From the IMG/VR virus record IMGVR_UViG_3300016669_000004, positions 1-42,122 of that record: a DNA stretch of 42,122 nucleotides; one strand, written 5' to 3'. Source of the stretch: a virus (lineage: Duplodnaviria > Caudoviricetes). How positions within the stretch are numbered: position 1 is the stretch's first letter; each line of letters begins with the position of its first letter. Below the pieces are notes generated by a model. That model was given only the letters and a program-made list of their open reading frames with translations. It had not been told where the DNA came from and did not search any database. The translations under genes were made by a program, and so were the position numbers. This document shows positions 37,777 through 42,122 of the stretch, in pieces.

Positions 37777-38052
37777 ATGCAAGAACCGACGATATTGCCA
37801 GTGAAGCCCGGCACCGTGAGCGATGCGGACAAGGCCGCGTTGAGGGATGCCGGAGTGGTGGTCATTGAACACGAAGCACCACATGAACTGCGCTTGTTGC
37901 GCCTCGGATACGACTTGCCAGGAGGCGCGCTGCTGCTCGCAGCGGCCAAGGCATTGACGACAGAAAACAGTCTTGGTGCAGACATCCAACGGCGGGTATT
38001 CGGGAAAAATGTGGCAGACGCCTTGATCAAAACCATGACGGCTAACGCCTGA
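37777..38052 (+). CDS. Cassette C gene: hypothetical protein
   Basis: GGAG RBS; fills the cassette. Confidence 0.72.
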   Translation: MQEPTILPVKPGTVSDADKAALRDAGVVVIEHEAPHELRLLRLGYDLPGGALLLAAAKALTTENSLGADIQRRVFGKNVADALIKTMTANA

Positions 38053-38099
38053 AATCAGCCGACTTGCGAAGCAAGTTCGGCTGCATTGAATTGTTAGGT
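38040..38099 (-). repeat. attC site 4 (60 bp)
   Basis: Minus strand ACCTAAC-AATTC-AATGCAGC...GCTGATT-TCAGGC-GTTAGCC. Confidence 0.88.
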
Positions 38100-38123
38100 G
38101 GCGAACCACCGAAGGAGATTGGA

Positions 38124-38432
38124 ATGGGAGTTGCGCAAGAGAACCGAATCCGTAGGCGGATGATTGAGGACGGCCATCGCAAAAATGATCTTGTACGCCT
38201 GTTTGAGGCGGCAAGCATGGAGCGGGGCCCGAGACCGCCCGCTGTGAAGCCGCCAGCGACGGCGCGTCGTCGAGACGTGCGGCGGTGGATGCAGCACAAC
38301 GCGGGTGATTACGACACTGCGACCGCGCTTGCCGAGGCAGCGAATGCAGTATTTCGGCTACCTGATGGCGGACTTGACTGCGAGACTCATTGGATCTGGG
38401 ATGAAGCCGCAGAAGCAATTGAAGCCACCTAA
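38124..38432 (+). CDS. Cassette B gene: hypothetical protein
   Basis: AAGGAG RBS; stop TAA lies within the ACCTAAC core. Confidence 0.72.
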   Translation: MGVAQENRIRRRMIEDGHRKNDLVRLFEAASMERGPRPPAVKPPATARRRDVRRWMQHNAGDYDTATALAEAANAVFRLPDGGLDCETHWIWDEAAEAIEAT

Positions 38433-38486
38433 CACCGGAAATAAGCCGCCCTGCGAAGCAGGGTCGGCTTGATTGACTAGTTATGC
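38427..38486 (-). repeat. attC site 5 (60 bp)
   Basis: Minus strand GCATAAC-TAGTC-AATCAAGC...GCTTATT-TCCGGT-GTTAGGT. Confidence 0.88.
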
Positions 38487-38502
38487 CGCGCAACGAGGAG
38501 CC

Positions 38503-38946
38503 ATGCTGACAATCACGCCAATAACGCTACGCGAGGCAAATGCCTACGTCGCGGCCAATCACCGGCACCACCAGCCGGTGCGCGGGTGCATTGCCTGCAT
38601 GGCTGTGAGCGATGGCGACCTGGTGCGCGGCGTGGCGATTGTGGGGCGGCCAGTGGCGAGGCGGCTGCAAGACGGCTGGACAGCAGAAGTGACGCGGTGT
38701 TGCACGGACGGCGCGAAGAACGCGCCGAGCATGCTCTACCGCGCAGCATGGCGCGCTGTGCGTGCGCTGGGATACAGGCGGCTTGTGACGTACACGCTGC
38801 CGGAGGAAGGCGGCGCGAGCCTGCGCGCAGCTGGCTGGCGCTGCATTGGCCAAGCCGGAGGTGGGATCTGGAATTGCCCGAGCCGGCCGCGAGTGGATAT
38901 GCACCCGCTGCAAGTGAAACTGCGGTGGGAATTGGAAGCGGCATAA
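38503..38946 (+). CDS. Cassette A gene: XF1762/Mom-like GNAT-fold protein
   Basis: ITLREANAYV..HRHH...GVAIVGRPVARRLQDG.TAEVTR...GYRRLVTYTL..EGGASLRAAGW. Confidence 0.75.
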   Translation: MLTITPITLREANAYVAANHRHHQPVRGCIACMAVSDGDLVRGVAIVGRPVARRLQDGWTAEVTRCCTDGAKNAPSMLYRAAWRAVRALGYRRLVTYTLPEEGGASLRAAGWRCIGQAGGGIWNCPSRPRVDMHPLQVKLRWELEAA

Positions 38947-39020
38947 CACCAATTATCCGCCGCATCTGCAACGTAACGCCGCGATCCCAGACAACCCAAA
39001 CGAAAACGAAGGCGTAACAG
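38941..39020 (-). other. attI-like terminal site of the cassette array
   Basis: Core G/TTATGC with no attC hairpin; two GTTACG direct repeats upstream on the minus strand. Confidence 0.5.
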
Positions 39021-39058
39021 GCCCGCGATGATCACAGAGCAACAGCAGGACAAGGCCC

Positions 39059-40630
39059 ATGGCTGACGGCTCGCACTCCTTCAATTTCCCGCCGCCTCAG
39101 CACTCGCGGCTGCGCCCGGGCGAGATCATCGTGGATCTATTCGCCGGAGGTGGCGGAGCCAGCGAGGCGCTCAAGCAGGCGCTCGGCCGCGACCCAGACT
39201 TGGCCTACAACCACGACGCATGGGCCATCGGCATGCACGCGGCAAACCATCCGCTCACATCCCACCATCGCGAGGACATCTGGCACGCAGACCCACGCAT
39301 CGATGTCGCCGGGCGCCAAGTTGGCTGGTTTCATGCCAGCCCAGATTGCACGCATTTCTCTCAAGCAAAAGGCGGCCAGCCGCGCAGCGGCAAGATCCGC
39401 TCGCTGACGTGGGTCATCCTCAAGTGGGTTGGGCAGCTCAGGCGTGCCGACCAGATCAACTGCACCAGCACCGCCCCGCGCATCATCTCGCTCGAGAACG
39501 TCTGGCAGATCCTGACCTGGGGCCCGCTGGTTGCAAAGCGTGACAGGACCACCGGCCGCGTGTTGAAGCTGGATGGCAGCGTGGCTGGGCGCGGCGAGCG
39601 TGTGCCCAGGAACATGCAGCAGCTTGTCCCTGACAAGCGCCACGCGGGCCGTACCTGGCGCAAGTTCGTCGCTGCCCTGCGTGGCATGGGCTACGCCGCG
39701 GAGTGGCGCAAGCTCACGGCCAGCGACTACGGCGCCGGCACCAGCCGCGCCAGGCTGTTCCTGGTCGCTCGGCGCGATGGAGAGCCGATCCGGTGGCCAG
39801 CACCGACCCATGGCAAGGAACCTGGCCTGCTGCCACTGGTCACCGCCGCCGATTGCATCGACTGGTCCATTCCATGCCCCTCGATCTTCGCCCGCCGCAA
39901 GCCTCTGGCCGATGCCACGCTGCGCCGGATTGCCAAGGGCGTGCACCGTTACGTCCTGGACACCGCCGAGCCATTCATCGTGTGCGGGGGTGGGCTCCAG
40001 GGCCACTGCGTCCCCACACTGGTCGCCTGCGCCAATGCCAGCGCCAGCGGCGTGACAGCCGCAGATGCGCCGCTTGGGACCATCACCGCCTGGCCACGCG
40101 GCGGAAGCACTGCGCTGGTGACGGCCTTCATCGAGCAGGCCAACGGCGGCTTCTACAACGGCGCCGGGAATGACCTGCGACGGCCGATGCCAACCATCTG
40201 CGGCACCGGCAGCCAACAGCGGCTGGTCGCCGGCTATCTGGCCGCGGCCGAAGCACCAGAGCACGAGGCCACCGCCCTGCGCGTGGCCGCTTTCCTGACG
40301 ACCTACTACGGCACCGGCGGCGCCGTGAAGCTGACAGATCCGCTGGACACGATCACAACCCGAGATCGGCTGGCCCTGGTCACCGTGACCATCAAGGGCA
40401 TGCCCTACGTCATCATCGATATCGGCCTGCGCATGCTCAAGCCGCACGAACTCTACCGAGCCCAGGGATTTCCAACCGGCTACGTCATCGACCGCACCGC
40501 CGACGGCCGCCGCCTGACCACCAGCGCCTCAGTCCGCATGGTCGGCAACAGCGTGAGCCCACCGCCCCTGCGCGCCATCGCCACCGCCAACCTTGACACG
40601 GCCCAGATGCAGCTTGCGGAGGCCGCATGA
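39059..40630 (+). CDS. C5 DNA cytosine methyltransferase (orphan)
   Basis: VDLFAGGGG, SPDCTHFS, LENV, RARLF, MVGNSVSPP. Confidence 0.92.
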   Translation: MADGSHSFNFPPPQHSRLRPGEIIVDLFAGGGGASEALKQALGRDPDLAYNHDAWAIGMHAANHPLTSHHREDIWHADPRIDVAGRQVGWFHASPDCTHFSQAKGGQPRSGKIRSLTWVILKWVGQLRRADQINCTSTAPRIISLENVWQILTWGPLVAKRDRTTGRVLKLDGSVAGRGERVPRNMQQLVPDKRHAGRTWRKFVAALRGMGYAAEWRKLTASDYGAGTSRARLFLVARRDGEPIRWPAPTHGKEPGLLPLVTAADCIDWSIPCPSIFARRKPLADATLRRIAKGVHRYVLDTAEPFIVCGGGLQGHCVPTLVACANASASGVTAADAPLGTITAWPRGGSTALVTAFIEQANGGFYNGAGNDLRRPMPTICGTGSQQRLVAGYLAAAEAPEHEATALRVAAFLTTYYGTGGAVKLTDPLDTITTRDRLALVTVTIKGMPYVIIDIGLRMLKPHELYRAQGFPTGYVIDRTADGRRLTTSASVRMVGNSVSPPPLRAIATANLDTAQMQLAEAA

Positions 40631-41073
40631 GCCGCGGCTACCAGCGCGTCATCGTCACTGGCCACCTCGGCGCCGCGCCAGAGATCAAGGCCCCACCAGC
40701 CGGTGGGCTGATCGCAGAGTTCCGCGTGGCCGTCACCGACCGCTGGAAAAACAGGGCAGGGCAGTGGGACGAACACACCGAGTGGCTGGGCATCAAGGCC
40801 TTTGGCCGCACCGCCGAGATCGTCCAGCAGTATCTGCGCAAGGGCGGCCTGGTATCGGTGGAGGGCAAGATCAGGACAGAGAAATGGCAGGCCAGCGACG
40901 GCAGCGACCGCTACCGCCAGTGGATCTACTGCGACCCCACCGGCCTGACCCTGCTTGATCGGCGCGAACACACCGTCACCGCGCCTGAGCACCAGGGCAG
41001 GGCAGCCCATCCAGCAGCGCGCCCCGGCGCCACACCAGCACATGAGCACGCCGATGACGACATCCCATTCTGA
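40627..41073 (+). CDS. ssb: Single-stranded DNA-binding protein
   Basis: VIVTGHLGAAPE...TEW...YLRKG..VSVEGKIRT.KW; DDDIPF C-terminus. Confidence 0.93.
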   Translation: MSRGYQRVIVTGHLGAAPEIKAPPAGGLIAEFRVAVTDRWKNRAGQWDEHTEWLGIKAFGRTAEIVQQYLRKGGLVSVEGKIRTEKWQASDGSDRYRQWIYCDPTGLTLLDRREHTVTAPEHQGRAAHPAARPGATPAHEHADDDIPF

Positions 41074-41074
41074 T

Positions 41075-42037
41075 TCACGGCGCCACGCGCCTGGCCCGCG
41101 GGTGATGGCTTGCCGCCTGCTTCAGCGTGGCCATGTCGATGCCAAGGTAGCGCGTCGTGGTCTCGATGCTGGCATGCCCGAGCATCTGGCTGATCGCCAT
41201 CAAATTGCAGCCGCTGCGCTGCAGTTCAGTGGCAAAGGCGTAGCGCAGTTGGTGCGGGTAGTGTCCCGTCCATGGTCGGCCAGTGCCGGGCCGGATGCGG
41301 TCTGCGCCGCAGGAGATGCCAAGCGCCTTGCGCGCGTAGCGGTTGACGATCACCCAGACCGAGCGGCCATCGCGCAGCGGGCGGCCAAAGCGGGTGACAA
41401 ACAGCGCCGCACGCTTTCCGGCCCCAACGCTCGCCCGCTGGCGCACATAGGCCTCCACCAGCCCATGCCAGGCCGCACCAAACGGCACCAGCCGGTCGCG
41501 GCCGCCCTTGCCCTGCACATACAGCAGCCCGTCCAGTCGCACGCTGCCAAGCTGCAGCCGTGCAAGCTCCCCGGCCCGCAGCCCACACTGGTACAGCGTG
41601 GCCATGATCAAATGGTCGCGCAGACCCACGAAGGTGGACAGGTCAGGCTGGGCCAGCAACAGGCCCACTTCGGCATCGCTCAACGCCATCACCGGCCGCC
41701 GCACCACAGGCCGTGTCACTGGCCAGTCCACCGGCGCCCAGGCCGTGGCATCAACCAGCCGCCGCCAGCCGAACCAGCACCGCAGCGCCGCCAGCTCGCG
41801 CTTGAGCGTGGCCGGCGCCAGCCGCTCGCGCCGGCTGGCCACGTAGCGCAGCACAGGGTCCAGCTCAGCCGGAACCCGCTCCGCGAACAGCAAAAACCGC
41901 GTCACCGTCCCACCGTAGTCACGCACCGTCGCAGCGCTACGCCCCATGCCGCGCAAGTACCACCGGAAGTCCTCAACCGCCCCCGAAGGCGGAGAGCAAT
42001 AACGCCGCGTTCTTTCTACCAACGGTAAAACCTCCAT
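41075..42037 (-). CDS. Tyrosine recombinase/integrase, XerD-like (no. 3), next to attR
   Basis: CGLRAGE (R), GKGGRDR (K), PHQLR, LGHASIETTTRY. Confidence 0.93.
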   Translation of the reverse strand: MEVLPLVERTRRYCSPPSGAVEDFRWYLRGMGRSAATVRDYGGTVTRFLLFAERVPAELDPVLRYVASRRERLAPATLKRELAALRCWFGWRRLVDATAWAPVDWPVTRPVVRRPVMALSDAEVGLLLAQPDLSTFVGLRDHLIMATLYQCGLRAGELARLQLGSVRLDGLLYVQGKGGRDRLVPFGAAWHGLVEAYVRQRASVGAGKRAALFVTRFGRPLRDGRSVWVIVNRYARKALGISCGADRIRPGTGRPWTGHYPHQLRYAFATELQRSGCNLMAISQMLGHASIETTTRYLGIDMATLKQAASHHPRARRVAP

Positions 42038-42063
42038 CGCAACGCAACGGAGAACCGCTGAAA

Positions 42064-42076
42064 AATCAAAGCCTTA
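42064..42076 (+). promoter_or_regulatory. Putative IHF site next to attR
   Basis: AATCAA-AGCC-TTA, perfect WATCAANNNNTTR. Confidence 0.6.
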
Positions 42077-42108
42077 TCAAGTGCAACATCCAGCCAATTC
42101 TAGTCTGG

Positions 42109-42122
42109 ACATAATATACATT
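42109..42122 (+). repeat. attR core ACATAATATACATT (dif-like)
   Basis: Direct repeat of 1-14. Confidence 0.88.

Larger units (their letters stand above)
1..42122. mobile_element. Complete temperate siphovirus-like prophage integrated at a dif-like site
   Basis: Full set of replication, packaging, head, tail, lysis, immunity and recombinase genes between 14-bp terminal direct repeats. Confidence 0.93.

Noticed and set aside
36840-38486. Repeats as a CRISPR array or as rho-independent terminators
   Set aside because: Units differ in sequence, are 350-510 bp apart with whole genes between, lack U-tracts, and fit attC box structure
36854-38493. Minus-strand ORFs as the true, canonically oriented cassette genes
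   Set aside because: They cross attC boundaries, lack RBSs and translate attC itself (PNNSFK..., ANNSFKPN); the plus-strand ORFs have RBSs and phage motifs and fill each cassette
41075-42037. This or the other tyrosine recombinases as a canonical IntI
   Set aside because: The IntI-specific insertion (LP.AL..KYP...W.W..FP) is not seen in any of the three, and none is adjacent to the attI-like site
3174-42037. RIT (recombinase-in-trio) element
   Set aside because: RIT genes are adjacent and co-oriented; these are dispersed and on both strands
42095-42122. Hybrid promoter created at attP on excision
   Set aside because: TGGACA plus 17 bp gives CATGAC, a poor -10; no convincing -35/-10 pair found

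Overview
A complete, high-GC, ~42 kb temperate tailed (sipho-type) prophage, probably of a Xanthomonadales-like host (inference from gene content and attC style). It is bounded by a 14-bp direct repeat, ACATAATATACATT, that matches the core of the chromosomal dif site. Gene order: HNH, replication initiator (YdaU/DUF1376) and P-like loader, XerC-like recombinase, Mor-like activator, terminase, portal-MuF fusion, a reverse-strand acr/aca-like insert, head genes, a lambda-like tail with a 2164-aa tip protein ending in a Hint domain, lysis genes, cI/cro switch, serine recombinase, early accessory genes with a second tyrosine recombinase, DNA methylase, SSB and a third tyrosine recombinase. The most striking feature is an integron-like array at ~36.84-39.02 kb. 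It has five canonical attC sites plus an attI-like end, and each cassette carries a phage-type gene oriented opposite to normal integron cassettes so that it lies in the phage early operon. No IntI is recognisable. All family calls come from motif recognition by eye; no searches were run.
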